Source of the DNA: Vespertiliibacter pulmonis
Lineage (GTDB): Bacteria > Pseudomonadota > Gammaproteobacteria > Enterobacterales > Pasteurellaceae
NCBI RefSeq assembly: GCF_013377275.1
Contig: NZ_CP016615.1
Coordinates: 1,124,830-1,188,829 of the forward strand
Direction of reading: 5' to 3'
Length of the DNA: 64,000 bases
In this document: one piece after another, positions 32,717 to 43,690 of the stretch
How positions within the stretch are numbered: position 1 is the stretch's first letter
Layout: every line of letters begins with the position of its first letter
Notes under the pieces: generated by a model
Database searches by the model: none
Told to the model about the DNA's origin: nothing
The model's input: only the letters and a program-made list of their open reading frames with translations
Program-made: the position numbers and the translations under genes

Positions 32717-32852
32717 TTGGTTCTCCTTTTGTTTATTGTGGGTATGAATATCCCTACTTTACCCGAAACAAGCGGTAAAATTCCAGTGATTTTTTGCTTA
32801 TAATTTCGGCTTTGTTATAATCGTTTAAATTTATAGGGCAGATTAAAAAATT

Positions 32853-34154
32853 ATGGGCTTATTTGAATCGATTTTAATTATTTTAGTGCTGATTATTGCC
32901 AGTGCAGTGATTTCATCAGCTGAAATTTCCTTAGCTGGGGCAAGAAAGCTCAAGTTACAAAATTTAGTAAACGAGGGTAATCTTAAAGCTAAGAAGGTAT
33001 TGCAATTACAGGAACAACCCGGGCAGTTTATTACGGTGGTACAAATCGGGCTTAATATGGTGGCAATTTTAGGTGGTATGATCGGTGAAGGTTCAATTAC
33101 CCCTTATGTTTATCGGTTTTTAGCTCAATATAGCCAAGCAGAATGGTTGCCAAGTGCAGCATCGTGGCTCTCTTTTGCCTTAGTAACTACTTCATTTGTT
33201 TTACTGGCAGATTTAATGCCAAAGCGAATGGCGATGGCAAATCCTGAAAACGTGGCATTAAAAATGGTCGGTATTATGACCGTTATTATTTTGCTGTTTA
33301 AACCGCTTGTTGTGTTGTTTGATAGCTTCGCCAATTTGTTATTTCGAATGTTACGTGTTTCTACTATACGTCAAGATAATATGACGTCTGAAGATATTAT
33401 CGCAATGGTTGATGCTGGTGCAGAAGCGGGTGTGTTGAAAACGCAAGAGCATTATTTGATTGAAAATATCCTCGATATGCAACAGCGAACAGTAACTTCA
33501 ACAATGACAACTCGTGAAAATATTGTTTATTTAGATAAATCATTCACACGCCAGCAAGTATTAGAAACCTTAAAACAAAATTCTCATTCAAAATTGTTGA
33601 TCTCAAATGGCAGTATTGATAAAACGATTGGTTATGTAGAATCTCATACTTTACTTACCCTGTTTTTACAGGAAGAAAAAGTCTCTTTAACTGATAAACG
33701 TATTTTACGTAAGGCGTTATATATCCCAGATACTCTTTCATTGTATGAAGTTTTGGAACTGTTTAAATCTTCGGGAGAAGATTTTGCGGTGATTATCAAT
33801 GAATATGCATTGGTAGTTGGTATTGTTACCTTAAATGATGTAATGAGTATCGTTATGGGAGAGCTTGTTTCTAATGAGGAAGAACAGATTATTCGCCGAG
33901 ATCAAGATTCGTGGTTAATTGATGGTTCAACGCCCCTAGAAGATGTAATGCGAGCGTTAGATATTACTGAATTTCCAAATCAAGAAAATTACGAAACCAT
34001 TGGTGGTTTTATGATGTATATGTTGCGAAAAATTCCGAAAAAAACGGATTTTGTGCTATACGGTGATTATAAGTTTGAGATTATTGACACAGAAAATTTC
34101 AAAATTGATCAGCTAATGGTTTCATTGCGTAACGATATAAAGACGGAAGGTTAA
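32853..34154 (+). CDS. CNNM/CorC-HlyC family membrane protein (YtfL/PaeA-like)
   Basis: 433 aa with DUF21 TM helices, a CBS pair and a CorC_HlyC C-terminal domain. Its N-terminus is similar to E. coli YtfL. Confidence 0.8.
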   Translation: MGLFESILIILVLIIASAVISSAEISLAGARKLKLQNLVNEGNLKAKKVLQLQEQPGQFITVVQIGLNMVAILGGMIGEGSITPYVYRFLAQYSQAEWLPSAASWLSFALVTTSFVLLADLMPKRMAMANPENVALKMVGIMTVIILLFKPLVVLFDSFANLLFRMLRVSTIRQDNMTSEDIIAMVDAGAEAGVLKTQEHYLIENILDMQQRTVTSTMTTRENIVYLDKSFTRQQVLETLKQNSHSKLLISNGSIDKTIGYVESHTLLTLFLQEEKVSLTDKRILRKALYIPDTLSLYEVLELFKSSGEDFAVIINEYALVVGIVTLNDVMSIVMGELVSNEEEQIIRRDQDSWLIDGSTPLEDVMRALDITEFPNQENYETIGGFMMYMLRKIPKKTDFVLYGDYKFEIIDTENFKIDQLMVSLRNDIKTEG

Positions 34155-34499
34155 ATGATAGTTACTCTTTACCATAACCCAAAATGCAGTAAATCACGGG
34201 AAACATTAGAAATTATTCAAGCATTAGGCATTGAGCCGATTATTGTTGAATATCTTAAAACCCCATTATCAGCAGAGCAGATTGCAGTGTTGATTTGTGA
34301 AAGTGGTATTTCAGTGCAACAAGCATTACGCACTGATGTTGAAGTCTATACTCAGCAGGTAGCAGGTAAAACACTTAGTGATGAAGAATTAATTCAGTTA
34401 ATGGCAGAAAATCCAAGTTTGTTAAATCGACCTTTTGCAAGTAGCTCACAAGGCACTCGTTTTTGCCGTCCACCCGAATTAGTGAAAGAAATTTTGTAA
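34155..34499 (+). CDS. ArsC-family (glutaredoxin-coupled) arsenate reductase-like protein
   Basis: 114 aa with the YHNPKCSKSR motif and GTRFCRPPE, as in the ArsC/YffB family. Its start overlaps the stop of the previous gene. Confidence 0.7.
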   Translation: MIVTLYHNPKCSKSRETLEIIQALGIEPIIVEYLKTPLSAEQIAVLICESGISVQQALRTDVEVYTQQVAGKTLSDEELIQLMAENPSLLNRPFASSSQGTRFCRPPELVKEIL

Positions 34500-34545
34500 A
34501 AAATAGTCGTATCTTACCGCTTGTATTGCAAGCTAAGGCAATTTA

Positions 34546-35001
34546 ATGAAGAAAATGTTACTGTTAAATGGGCCTAATCTAAATATGTTAGGTAAGCGTG
34601 AGCCGCATATTTACGGGAAGGCAACTCTTGAGAATATTGAACAGCATTTACAGCGTCTTGCTAGTGAGCGTGGAGTTGAATTAGAGTGTTTTCAAACGAA
34701 TAGTGAACATTTACTGATTGAAAGAATTCATCAGGCGTTTCAAGTCGTTGATTTTATTATTATCAACCCAGCGGCATTTACCCACACGAGCGTTGCATTG
34801 CGAGATGCATTATTGGCTGTTGCAATTCCTTTTGTAGAAGTTCATTTATCAAATGTGCATAGCAGGGAACCGTTTCGTCATCACTCTTATTTGAGTGATA
34901 TTGCTCAAGGGGTGATTTGTGGTTTAGGAGTAAAAAGCTATGAATATGGCTTAGATTACGCTCTAAATTTTTTTAAATACCAAGTAATAGATAATTTCTA
35001 A
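34546..35001 (+). CDS. aroQ: 3-dehydroquinate dehydratase, type II
   Basis: 151 aa with LNGPNLN and [10 protein letters not shown] motifs. It conserves the aroQ–accB–accC order. Confidence 0.9.
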   Translation: MKKMLLLNGPNLNMLGKREPHIYGKATLENIEQHLQRLASERGVELECFQTNSEHLLIERIHQAFQVVDFIIINPAAFTHTSVALRDALLAVAIPFVEVHLSNVHSREPFRHHSYLSDIAQGVICGLGVKSYEYGLDYALNFFKYQVIDNF

Positions 35002-35160
35002 CTGATACGATCAGTGTAAAAAAACCTTTATTTTCGCCAATTTTGTAAGATTTTCATCGCAAATTAGCGAAAATTCAGGTAATCTACGCCCAATTTTATG
35101 CCCATATTTTCTTTATGGGACAATTTATTTTTAACTTTAGACACAGAAACGGATCGAATT

Positions 35161-35634
35161 ATGGATATTCGCAAAATTAAAAAACTGATTGAACTTGTAG
35201 AAGAGTCTGGTATTACTGAATTAGAAGTATCGGAAGAAGAGGGAACAGTACGAATTAGCCGTGCTGCTCCCGTTGCTACTCCTGCACAATATGTCGTTGC
35301 ACCACAACAAGTAGCGACAACTGCTCCTACAATGAATACAACGCCTGTTGCAAACCCACCAGTATCAGCGCCGACACCTACGGCAGTAGAAGAAGCGACA
35401 GGCTATCCAGTGCTTTCTCCAATGGTCGGTACATTCTACCGTAGCCCAAGCCCAGAAGCTCAGCCTTTCGTTGAAGTAGGTAAAAGTGTGAAAGTTGGTG
35501 ATACGCTTTGTATCGTAGAAGCAATGAAAATGATGAATCGCATTGAAGCAGATAAAGCAGGTGTAATCAAAGCAATTTTAGTCAATGACGGTGAAGCCGT
35601 TGAATTTGATCAAAAGCTTTTCATTATTGAATAA
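35161..35634 (+). CDS. accB: Biotin carboxyl carrier protein of acetyl-CoA carboxylase
   Basis: [18 protein letters not shown] is identical to the E. coli AccB N-terminus. The biotinyl-lysine motif EAMKMMN is present and the linker is A/P-rich. The tracked ORF starts 21 codons upstream. Confidence 0.9.
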   Translation: MDIRKIKKLIELVEESGITELEVSEEEGTVRISRAAPVATPAQYVVAPQQVATTAPTMNTTPVANPPVSAPTPTAVEEATGYPVLSPMVGTFYRSPSPEAQPFVEVGKSVKVGDTLCIVEAMKMMNRIEADKAGVIKAILVNDGEAVEFDQKLFIIE

Positions 35635-35644
35635 ATTTAGCGTT

Positions 35645-35701
35645 ACAAGCGGTTAGATTTCTCCATTTTTTGCAAAAAAAATTGTAGATCTTACCGCTTG
35701 C
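35645..35701. repeat. Palindromic inverted-USS intergenic element (USS–AGATTT–TTTTTTGCAAAAAA–AAATCT–USS')
   Basis: acaagcggttagatttctccattttttgcaaaaaaaattgtagatcttaccgcttg. The same structure recurs at 12462–12526, 24449–24493, 41774–41820, 43615–43664, 44985–45043 and 50476–50534. Confidence 0.7.
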
Positions 35702-35721
35702 ATAATTAAGGATAGACACTA

Positions 35722-37065
35722 ATGTTAGAAAAAGTTGTCATTGCCAATCGTGGCGAAATTGCACTTCGCATTTTACGAGCTTGTAAAGAGCTTGGAATTA
35801 AAACCGTAGCAGTTCACTCTACTGCCGATCGTGAATTAAAACACGTTCTTCTTTCCGATGAAACTATCTGTATTGGTCCTGCTGCTTCAACGAAAAGCTA
35901 TTTAAATATTCCAGCAATTATTGCAGCAGCGGAAGTAACGGGGGCAGATGCTATTCACCCAGGCTATGGTTTTTTATCTGAAAATGCAGATTTTGCTGAA
36001 CAGGTAGAAAAATCTGGTTTTACTTTTATCGGCCCAACTGCTGATGTTATTCGTTTAATGGGCGATAAAGTATCAGCAATCAATGCAATGAAAAAAGCAG
36101 GCGTGCCTTGTGTACCAGGTTCAGACGGACCTGTTGGCAATGATGTAGAAAAAAATAAAACAATTGCAAAAAAAATTGGTTATCCAGTGATTATTAAAGC
36201 CTCTGGCGGAGGCGGTGGGCGTGGTATGCGAGTTGTCCATCACGAAAAAGACTTGGAAGAATCTATTGCGATGACCAAAGCGGAAGCTAAAGCAGCATTT
36301 AATAATGATATGGTTTATATGGAAAAATACCTTGAAAATCCACGCCATATTGAAATTCAAGTGCTTGCGGACACTCACGGCAATGCAATTTATTTAGCAG
36401 AACGTGATTGCTCAATGCAACGTCGTCACCAAAAAGTGGTTGAAGAAGCGCCTGCACCAGGTATTACAGAGGCAGTGCGTAAATCAATTGGTGAGCGTTG
36501 TGCGAATGCGTGTATCGAAATTGGCTATCGTGGTGCAGGTACTTTTGAGTTCTTATACGAAAATGGTGAATTTTATTTCATTGAGATGAATACCCGTATT
36601 CAAGTAGAACACCCTGTAACTGAAATGGTAACTGGGGTTGATTTAGTCAAAGAGCAGCTACGCATTGCCGCAGGCTTACCATTGTCTATTAAGCAAGATG
36701 AGATTAAAGTTCGTGGACACGCTATTGAATGTCGTATCAATGCAGAAGATTCAAAAACATTCTTACCTTCACCAGGAAAAATTACACGTTTGCACGTTCC
36801 TGGTGGTTTAGGTGTGCGTTGGGATTCACATATCTACTCAGGCTATGCAGTCCCGCCTCATTATGATTCAATGATTGCAAAACTGATTACCTATGGGGAA
36901 ACTCGTGAAATTGCTATTTGTCGTATGGAAAATGCGTTAAGAGAGATGATTATTGAGGGCATTAAGACAAATATCCCTCTTCATCAGCAAATTTTAGAAG
37001 ATGAACATTTCAGAGATGGTGGCACAAATATCCATTACTTAGAGCAGAAATTAGGGCTGAAGTAA
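35722..37065 (+). CDS. accC: Acetyl-CoA carboxylase biotin carboxylase subunit
   Basis: 447 aa with an ATP-grasp domain and very high similarity to AccC. Confidence 0.95.
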   Translation: MLEKVVIANRGEIALRILRACKELGIKTVAVHSTADRELKHVLLSDETICIGPAASTKSYLNIPAIIAAAEVTGADAIHPGYGFLSENADFAEQVEKSGFTFIGPTADVIRLMGDKVSAINAMKKAGVPCVPGSDGPVGNDVEKNKTIAKKIGYPVIIKASGGGGGRGMRVVHHEKDLEESIAMTKAEAKAAFNNDMVYMEKYLENPRHIEIQVLADTHGNAIYLAERDCSMQRRHQKVVEEAPAPGITEAVRKSIGERCANACIEIGYRGAGTFEFLYENGEFYFIEMNTRIQVEHPVTEMVTGVDLVKEQLRIAAGLPLSIKQDEIKVRGHAIECRINAEDSKTFLPSPGKITRLHVPGGLGVRWDSHIYSGYAVPPHYDSMIAKLITYGETREIAICRMENALREMIIEGIKTNIPLHQQILEDEHFRDGGTNIHYLEQKLGLK

Positions 37066-37080
37066 TTTTAGGAGAAATAA

Positions 37081-37112
37081 AAAACCGCATTATCATGATG
37101 ATATGCGGTTTT
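37081..37112. terminator. Bidirectional hairpin terminator between accC and dapD
   Basis: aaaaccgcat-tatcatgatgat-atgcggtttt with T-runs on both strands. Confidence 0.6.
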
Positions 37113-37119
37113 TTTATAA

Positions 37120-37944
37120 TTATTCTTCGATTGAGCGTAATAATTCGTTGATACCAACTTTACCACGAGTTTTCTCATCAACTTTTTTCACGATAACTGC
37201 ACAGTAAAGATTATATTTACCATCTTTTGATGGTAGGCTACCTGATACTACAACAGAGCCTGCAGGCACTCGTCCATAATGAATTTCGCCTGTTTCACGG
37301 TCGTAAATTTTGGTTGATTGACCGATAAATACACCCATTGAAATTACACAGCCTTCTTCTACAATTACGCCTTCTACAATTTCAGAACGAGCCCCAATAA
37401 AACAGTTATCACCAATAATTGTCGGATTTGCTTGTAGTGGCTCTAATACACCACCAATACCAACTCCACCAGAAAGATGTACGTTTTTACCGATTTGAGC
37501 ACAAGAGCCAACGGTTGCCCAAGTGTCCACCATTGTGCCTTCACCAACGTAAGCACCGATATTCACATAAGATGGCATTAATACTACATTTTTGCCAATG
37601 TATGCGCCTTTACGCACAGTCGCAGAAGGTACAACACGGAAGCCTTCTTGTTGAAAGCGAGCTTCGTCATAATCTGCAAATTTAAGGGGAACTTTATCGA
37701 AATATTTGGTTTCTGCCCCATCAATTATTTGATTGTCATTGATACGGAATGAAAGTAATACCGCTTTTTTTAACCATTGATGGGTTACCCATTCACCGTT
37801 AATTTGTTCAGCAACACGGTATTTACCACTATCTAGCCCTGCTAGCACATCTTCTACGGCAGATTTTGTCGCAGAGTCCACATTATTTGGGGTAATTTCA
37901 GCACGGCGCTCAAAAGCAGATTCAATAATTGCTTGTAATGTCAT
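37120..37944 (-). CDS. dapD: 2,3,4,5-tetrahydropyridine-2,6-dicarboxylate N-succinyltransferase
   Basis: The E. coli DapD N-terminus aligns from [14 protein letters not shown], giving 274 aa with a hexapeptide-repeat domain. The tracked ORF extends 18 codons further upstream. Confidence 0.9.
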   Translation of the reverse strand: MTLQAIIESAFERRAEITPNNVDSATKSAVEDVLAGLDSGKYRVAEQINGEWVTHQWLKKAVLLSFRINDNQIIDGAETKYFDKVPLKFADYDEARFQQEGFRVVPSATVRKGAYIGKNVVLMPSYVNIGAYVGEGTMVDTWATVGSCAQIGKNVHLSGGVGIGGVLEPLQANPTIIGDNCFIGARSEIVEGVIVEEGCVISMGVFIGQSTKIYDRETGEIHYGRVPAGSVVVSGSLPSKDGKYNLYCAVIVKKVDEKTRGKVGINELLRSIEE

Positions 37945-38118
37945 TAAGATTTCTCCTGTATCATCAATAAGAAAGTAAAATTTTTTGCATTGTAACAAAT
38001 TGAGATGAAATGCGTAGTGCCTAATGATTGAAAAGGATAAGTTTCTACCTATGATAATAATCAGAAAGAGAACAAGCGGTTAGTTTCTCGTAATTTTTTG
38101 CAAAGCCCGATTTTCCCT

Positions 38119-38147
38119 TTGACTATTTTGCTAGCAATCTGTAATAT
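38119..38147 (+). promoter_or_regulatory. Sigma70-like promoter for yceD–rpmF (TTGACT-17 nt-TAATAT)
   Basis: A consensus-like -35 and -10 with 17-nt spacing, ending about 10 nt before the yceD ATG. Confidence 0.4.
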
Positions 38148-38156
38148 TCACACCCT

Positions 38157-38681
38157 ATGCAAAAAGTAAAACTACCGCTTACAATTGACCCTTATAAAGA
38201 CGCCCAGCGTCGAATGGATTATACAGGTTACATTCCAAGTAACTTAATGAACCGTTTGGGTGAGTTAGTAGGCAAAGTGCTAAGCGATGCACAAGTTACT
38301 TTATCGTTGCTTGTAGATCCGCAAAAACTTACGGTGATTAAAGGCACTGCACAAGTTGAAGTAGAACTAGAATGCCAGCGTTGTAGTAACCCATATTCGC
38401 AAATGCTGAACTGTGAATTTATTTTCAGTCCAGTAAAAAATTTGGAGCAAGCAGACTTTCTCCCTGAAAGTTATGAACCAATTGAACTCAATGAGTTTGG
38501 TGAAATAAATTTGGGTGAGATGGTTGAAGATGAATTTATTCTTTCTCTGCCATTAGTTCCAATGCATGACTCTGAACACTGTGAAGTGTCCGTGGCAGAA
38601 CAGGTATTTGGTGAATTGCCAGAAGAATTGGCAACAAAGCCTAACCCGTTTGCCGTATTAGCTAATTTAAAGAAAAACTAG
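38157..38681 (+). CDS. yceD: YceD/DUF177 family protein (large-subunit rRNA accumulation)
   Basis: 174 aa with CxxC pairs (CQRC, CE..C) typical of DUF177, located immediately upstream of rpmF as in E. coli. Confidence 0.85.
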   Translation: MQKVKLPLTIDPYKDAQRRMDYTGYIPSNLMNRLGELVGKVLSDAQVTLSLLVDPQKLTVIKGTAQVEVELECQRCSNPYSQMLNCEFIFSPVKNLEQADFLPESYEPIELNEFGEINLGEMVEDEFILSLPLVPMHDSEHCEVSVAEQVFGELPEELATKPNPFAVLANLKKN

Positions 38682-38698
38682 ATCTAGGAGTATAGCCA

Positions 38699-38869
38699 AT
38701 GGCTGTTCAACAAAATAAGAAATCTCGTTCACGTCGTGATATGCGTCGTTCACACGATGCATTAACTACTGCGGCAGTATCTGTGGATAAAGTAACAGGT
38801 GAAACTCATTTACGTCACCACGTTACTGCAGACGGTTACTACCGTGGTCGTAAAGTGATCAATAAATAA
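38699..38869 (+). CDS. rpmF: 50S ribosomal protein L32
   Basis: My own translation gives [56 protein letters not shown] (56 aa). It is not in the ORF track because it is under 60 aa. Confidence 0.9.
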   Translation: MAVQQNKKSRSRRDMRRSHDALTTAAVSVDKVTGETHLRHHVTADGYYRGRKVINK

Positions 38870-38929
38870 TTCAAATTATCTCTCGAGATATAATTTGACT
38901 AATCTTACCTTTGGGTGGGGTATAGTAAG

Positions 38930-38956
38930 CGGGGACATTAGTCCCCGTATTATTTT
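38930..38956 (+). terminator. Hairpin (cggggac-atta-gtccccg) plus U-rich tract downstream of rpmF
   Basis: A GC stem followed by tattatttt. It occupies the position where plsX would normally begin. Confidence 0.45.
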
Positions 38957-39206
38957 CTATTATGCAAATAATAGTAACAATCTTATCGCTTATCCTCATT
39001 GTAGTTACCCACTGTATTTCAGCATATTTTTAATCTGCATTTTAGAGAATAATAGTTTACTTTGGTTGCTTACTGGCTGAAAAACTAGGATATCTAGAAT
39101 ATCTAGTGTAATTTATAAAGTCATTAAATAGAGGCAGTTTTCGCAATGAGTAGGCTTTTGCGTTATAATACGAGCCGATTAAAATTTTTGAGAATAAGAA
39201 TAAAAT

Positions 39207-40157
39207 ATGTATAGCAAAATTTTAGCGACAGGCAGTTATCTTCCTACACAAGTTCGCACGAATGCTGATTTAGAAAAAATGGTTGAGACTTCTGATGAAT
39301 GGATCGTAACTCGTTCTGGTATTAAGGAACGTCGCATTGCACAAGAAAATGAAACCGTTGCCACAATGGGCTTTGAGGCGGCAAAGCAGTGTTTATCACA
39401 AGTTGCGCTTGACCCTCAAGAAATTGATTTAATTGTCGTGGGAACAACGACTCATTCACACGCTTACCCAAGTGCAGCTTGTCAAATTCAAGGTTTATTA
39501 GGGATTAACGATGCGATTGCATTTGATGTTGCAGCCGCCTGTACAGGATTTGTTTACGCATTGAGTGTGGCAGATCAATTTATAAAAACAGGAAAAGCAA
39601 AAAAAGCATTAGTGATTGGTTCAGATCTCAATTCCCGTAAATTAGATGAGACAGATCGTAGTACCGTTGTGTTATTTGGCGATGGTGCTGGTGCTGTGAT
39701 TTTAGAAGCAAGTAATGAAAGTGGAATTATTTCTACGCATTTACATTCTTCTGCGGATAAAACTAATGGGCTATCATTAAGTAATGAATTGCGTGGAGTA
39801 GAAACTTCAGGGTATATTCAAATGCAAGGCAATTCAACGTTTAAATTGGCTGTAAGAGAGTTAGCGAGTGTAGTTGAAGAAACACTCGCTGAAAATCATT
39901 TAGATAAAAGTAAAATTGATTGGCTTGTACCACATCAAGCCAATTTACGTATTATTACAGCAACAGCAGAAAAATTAGAGATGGATTTATCCCAAGTGGT
40001 TATTACGTTAGATCGCTACGGCAATAACAGTGCAGCAACAATTCCTGTCGCACTTGATGAAGCCGTGCGTGATGGGCGTATTCAACGTGGTCAGCTACTT
40101 TTACTTGAAGCCTTTGGCGGTGGCTGGACTTGGGGATCTGCATTGGTAAGGTTCTAG
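39207..40157 (+). CDS. fabH: 3-oxoacyl-ACP synthase III
   Basis: 316 aa with the AACTGF active-site Cys motif and FabH-like sequence along its length. Confidence 0.9.
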   Translation: MYSKILATGSYLPTQVRTNADLEKMVETSDEWIVTRSGIKERRIAQENETVATMGFEAAKQCLSQVALDPQEIDLIVVGTTTHSHAYPSAACQIQGLLGINDAIAFDVAAACTGFVYALSVADQFIKTGKAKKALVIGSDLNSRKLDETDRSTVVLFGDGAGAVILEASNESGIISTHLHSSADKTNGLSLSNELRGVETSGYIQMQGNSTFKLAVRELASVVEETLAENHLDKSKIDWLVPHQANLRIITATAEKLEMDLSQVVITLDRYGNNSAATIPVALDEAVRDGRIQRGQLLLLEAFGGGWTWGSALVRF

Positions 40158-40158
40158 T

Positions 40159-40905
40159 ATGTCGCAACAAATAACTTTTGCAGATAAAAAACGAAAAACC
40201 GTTGAACGAGCGGAATTTACTGAAGATGGCCGTTATTTACGTAAAGTGCGTAGCTTTGTGTTACGCACTGGGCGTTTAAGCGATTATCAACGGGATATGA
40301 TGAACGATAATTGGGCGAGCTTTGGGCTGGATTATCAAAATACGCCTTTTGATTTCGCTGCTATTTTTGGTAATGATAACCCTGTCGTGTTAGAAATTGG
40401 CTTTGGTATGGGAAAATCATTAGTAGAAATGGCAGAGCAAAATCCTAGCTTAAATTATATTGGGATTGAGGTACATACGCCAGGTGTGGGGGCTTGTATT
40501 GCCTATGCGGTAGAAAAAGGGGTAAAAAATTTACGTGTGATTTGTCATGATGCGACAGAAATTTTGAGAGACAGTATTGCCGATAATTCTCTTGGCGGAT
40601 TACAGCTTTATTTTCCTGATCCGTGGCAAAAAGCAAAACACCATAAACGTCGTATTGTACAGCCAACTTTTATTGAGCAAGTATTAGTAAAACTTACTCA
40701 AGGTAGCTTTATTCATATGGCAACCGATTGGGAAAATTATTCAGAGCATATGCTCGATGTATTGAGACAATTTCCTCAATTAACGAATCAATCACCTACT
40801 AATGATTTTATTCCTCGCCCAGATTTTCGTCCAATGACAAAATTTGAGGCACGGGGACAAAAACTTGGTCATGGTGTTTGGGATCTTTATTTTATTAAAC
40901 AGTAA
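40159..40905 (+). CDS. trmB: tRNA (guanine-N7)-methyltransferase
   Basis: 248 aa with the SAM-binding motif VLEIGFGMG and similarity to TrmB/YggH. It starts 1 nt after the fabH stop. Confidence 0.9.
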   Translation: MSQQITFADKKRKTVERAEFTEDGRYLRKVRSFVLRTGRLSDYQRDMMNDNWASFGLDYQNTPFDFAAIFGNDNPVVLEIGFGMGKSLVEMAEQNPSLNYIGIEVHTPGVGACIAYAVEKGVKNLRVICHDATEILRDSIADNSLGGLQLYFPDPWQKAKHHKRRIVQPTFIEQVLVKLTQGSFIHMATDWENYSEHMLDVLRQFPQLTNQSPTNDFIPRPDFRPMTKFEARGQKLGHGVWDLYFIKQ

Positions 40906-40919
40906 AAAATGAGGTAAAC

Positions 40920-41369
40920 ATGAAAATTAAAATGTTATTTTCAGCATTAGCATTTATGGCAGGTTCAGCCGTTGCAAGTAATAACTTACAGCCTGAAATG
41001 ATTGAGAGTAAATATGACTTTCAACAGACCGTTTCTGTATTAACGGATACGTTTAAAAGTAAAGGTATGACAATTTTTGCACAAATTGATCATCAAAAAG
41101 CAGCGAAAGAAGATGGCTTAGAGATGCAACCAGCAACAGTGATTATTTATGGTTCTCCAAAAGCTGGCACGCCATTAATGGTAAAAGATCCTACCCTAGC
41201 ATTACAATTGCCTCTTAAAGTATTGATAACACAAACGGATAAAAATCGTGTAGATGTGTTATTGAATACGGCAGAACAAGTTGTTAGCCATTCAAAAACA
41301 GCTTATTCAGAGGTAGAAAATAATTTAGGTAAAGCAGAAAAATTAATTAAAGCAACTATTTCAAAATAG
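40920..41369 (+). CDS. Secreted DUF302-family protein
   Basis: 149 aa with a signal peptide and a DUF302-like core (IYGSPKAGTPLM...LPLKVL). Confidence 0.55.
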   Translation: MKIKMLFSALAFMAGSAVASNNLQPEMIESKYDFQQTVSVLTDTFKSKGMTIFAQIDHQKAAKEDGLEMQPATVIIYGSPKAGTPLMVKDPTLALQLPLKVLITQTDKNRVDVLLNTAEQVVSHSKTAYSEVENNLGKAEKLIKATISK

Positions 41370-41401
41370 TCTTTAATTCATTCATACGATAGGAGTATAA
41401 A

Positions 41402-41749
41402 ATGGCACAGCCAAATCGTAATCGCAGACAACGCAAAAAAATGCACTTAGCCGAGTTCCAAGAGCTTGGTTTTTTAGTTAAATTCCAATTTGCTGATGGT
41501 ACAGGTATTGATCAAATTGATACTATTGTTGATCGTTTTATTGAAGAAGTTATTCGTCCTAACGGTTTAGCTTATGAAGGAAGTGGTTATTTACATTGGG
41601 AAGGGTTAGTTTGCTTAGAAAAATTAGGTAAATGTGATGAATCTCATCGTCAATTAGTGCAAAAATGGTTAGAAGATAATGGATTAACTGAAATTGATGT
41701 AAGCAAATTATTTGATATTTGGTGGGATCTACCTATTTACGCTGAATAA
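41402..41749 (+). CDS. yggL: YggL (DUF469) ribosome-associated protein
   Basis: 115 aa with RRQRKKMHLAEFQELGF and high similarity to E. coli YggL. It preserves the trmB–yggL linkage. Confidence 0.8.
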   Translation: MAQPNRNRRQRKKMHLAEFQELGFLVKFQFADGTGIDQIDTIVDRFIEEVIRPNGLAYEGSGYLHWEGLVCLEKLGKCDESHRQLVQKWLEDNGLTEIDVSKLFDIWWDLPIYAE

Positions 41750-41852
41750 TTTTAGGTAAGTAGATATAATAAATAAGCGGTGAGTTTAGGTGTAAATTTG
41801 TAAAATATTTCACCGCTTGTTTGATTTAATAGCGTTTCATTGAGAGAGATTT

Positions 41853-42386
41853 ATGGAAATCTTAGCACCAATTATTTCAATCGTTGTTGGTTTTTTTAAT
41901 TTTGTGTTGGTAATGAGAGCGTGGTTACAATTTTGTAAGGTTGATCCTTATATTCCTGTTTCTCAAACACTAATGCGTTTGACAAATCCGATTGTAAACC
42001 CCGTGAGTAAATTTATTCCAACTATAAAAGGCATAAATTTTTCTGCGTTATTGATTGCAGCGTTAATTGTTGGCGTACAATTTATTCTTTTTGGCGTTAA
42101 TGTACCTAGTGCAGTATTGATAGGGCTACTTAGCCTATTAAAAACATTTGGACAAATTCTCTTTTTTAGCACGCTTATTCGTGCATTGATGAGCTGGGTG
42201 ACGCAAGGAAATCACCCTTTAGATTATGTTGTAGCACAAATTACTGAGCCTGTTTTGGGTATTATTCGTAAAGTATTGCCTCGTACAGGAATGCTTGATT
42301 TTTCTGTAATGGTACTTGGCTTTGCTTTATTATTCTTAAATAGTATGATGTATCGTATTTTTGGACAACTTTGGGCGGTTGCATAG
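41853..42386 (+). CDS. yggT: YggT-family membrane protein
   Basis: 177 aa with four TM helices and the YGGT repeat. Confidence 0.8.
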   Translation: MEILAPIISIVVGFFNFVLVMRAWLQFCKVDPYIPVSQTLMRLTNPIVNPVSKFIPTIKGINFSALLIAALIVGVQFILFGVNVPSAVLIGLLSLLKTFGQILFFSTLIRALMSWVTQGNHPLDYVVAQITEPVLGIIRKVLPRTGMLDFSVMVLGFALLFLNSMMYRIFGQLWAVA

Positions 42387-42697
42387 TGCAAGCGGTCGAA
42401 TTATGTGAAAATCCGCACGGTATTCGTTTGCGGATTTTTTTACAGCCCAAAGCGAGCCGAGATCAGATCGTTGGTTTACACGATAATGAATTAAAAATTG
42501 CGGTAACAGCTCCGCCTATTGAGGGGCAGGCAAATGCACATTTACTAAAATATTTAAGTAAACTATTTAAAGTGCCTAAGAGTAGTATTGTATTGGAAAA
42601 AGGCGAATTACAACGGCATAAACAGATATTTGTACCAAGTCCTAAGCAAGTGCCAGTAGAAATTCAACAGTTACTTAACTCCTTTGAGGTCAAATAA
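42386..42697 (+). CDS. yggU: YggU (DUF167) protein
   Basis: Aligns with E. coli YggU ([14 protein letters not shown]...[11 protein letters not shown]...[10 protein letters not shown]). A GTG start overlaps the yggT stop in a TAGTG arrangement, whereas the tracked ORF begins at an ATG at 42371. Confidence 0.7.
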   Translation: MQAVELCENPHGIRLRIFLQPKASRDQIVGLHDNELKIAVTAPPIEGQANAHLLKYLSKLFKVPKSSIVLEKGELQRHKQIFVPSPKQVPVEIQQLLNSFEVK

Positions 42698-42820
42698 TTT
42701 TTGTTGGTAGAGTAATTGATCAAGTTAGAAAGATAATAAAGATCGGAGAATAGCTAGCGAATTTTTGAGAAAACTGATAACGTTAAGCTATTTAAAAATC
42801 ATTCCTATTGAGTAATAAAA

Positions 42821-43600
42821 ATGTTATCCGCTATTCTTACTATTTTAGCCTATTGTGTGGCATTACTATGGATTGTGCCGACCATTGCCTATTTAGATTT
42901 CAATCAAAAGCCCAATGTTAAAGCGGTATTATGCTGTGGGGTTTTTGCAGTTATCTGCCATTTAATCAATGTTTCTCACTATTTCTTTGTCAATGAAGGG
43001 CAAAATTTAACCATTGTAAATATTGGCTCACTGCTTAGTGTGTGCATAAGTGCTGTGGCAACGATTGCTCTTATTCGCTGGCGGAGTATTTGGTTCCCTC
43101 TGTCTATTATTTATTTATTGGGAATTATTACGGTGGTATTATCTACCTTCTTGGAAGGTAGTTTAATCAAACAACTGTCTGAAAATACAGGGTTAATGTG
43201 GCATTTAGCGACAGCAATTTTTTCCTATGGATTGTTTTTTATTGCGTTATTGTATGCCATTCAACTCCGCTGGCTAAATGGCCGTTTGAAATCCAAGCGA
43301 GTTCCCTTTTCACCGATTCTTCCGCCGTTGATGACAGTTGAACGACATTTCTTAACTTTAACGTTAGTCGCTCAATTATTTTTAACCATTACACTCATTA
43401 CGGGAAGTGTTTATCTGCATAATTTTTTTGCACCTGAACAAATTCATAAAGCTATTTTTTCGTTTATGGCGTGGATCGTCTATGGTTTTTTATTACTAGG
43501 TTTGTGGCAGTTCCATTGGCGTGGAAATCGGGTGCTAATTTACTCAATTTCAGGTATTATGTTACTTACTGTCGCTTATTTCGGCAGTCGGCTAGGGTAA
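42821..43600 (+). CDS. Inner membrane protein of the cytochrome c assembly (CcsA-like) family, YpjD homologue
   Basis: 259 aa and polytopic. The ypjD–yfjD order is conserved with E. coli. Confidence 0.7.
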   Translation: MLSAILTILAYCVALLWIVPTIAYLDFNQKPNVKAVLCCGVFAVICHLINVSHYFFVNEGQNLTIVNIGSLLSVCISAVATIALIRWRSIWFPLSIIYLLGIITVVLSTFLEGSLIKQLSENTGLMWHLATAIFSYGLFFIALLYAIQLRWLNGRLKSKRVPFSPILPPLMTVERHFLTLTLVAQLFLTITLITGSVYLHNFFAPEQIHKAIFSFMAWIVYGFLLLGLWQFHWRGNRVLIYSISGIMLLTVAYFGSRLG

Positions 43601-43690
43601 AACTAGCCTAATGTGAGCGGTAAGAAACATTTTGCCAAAAAATGTATAAATCTTACCGCTTGTTTGTTTAATTAATATAGGAATCTGATT

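Noticed and set aside
38894-38926. TTGACT...TATAGT downstream of rpmF, considered as a promoter.
   Set aside because: The spacing between the hexamers is about 20 nt, too long for sigma70. A better candidate fabH promoter (TTCGCA-18-TTATAAT, about 39140–39168) is noted only at low confidence in the findings.
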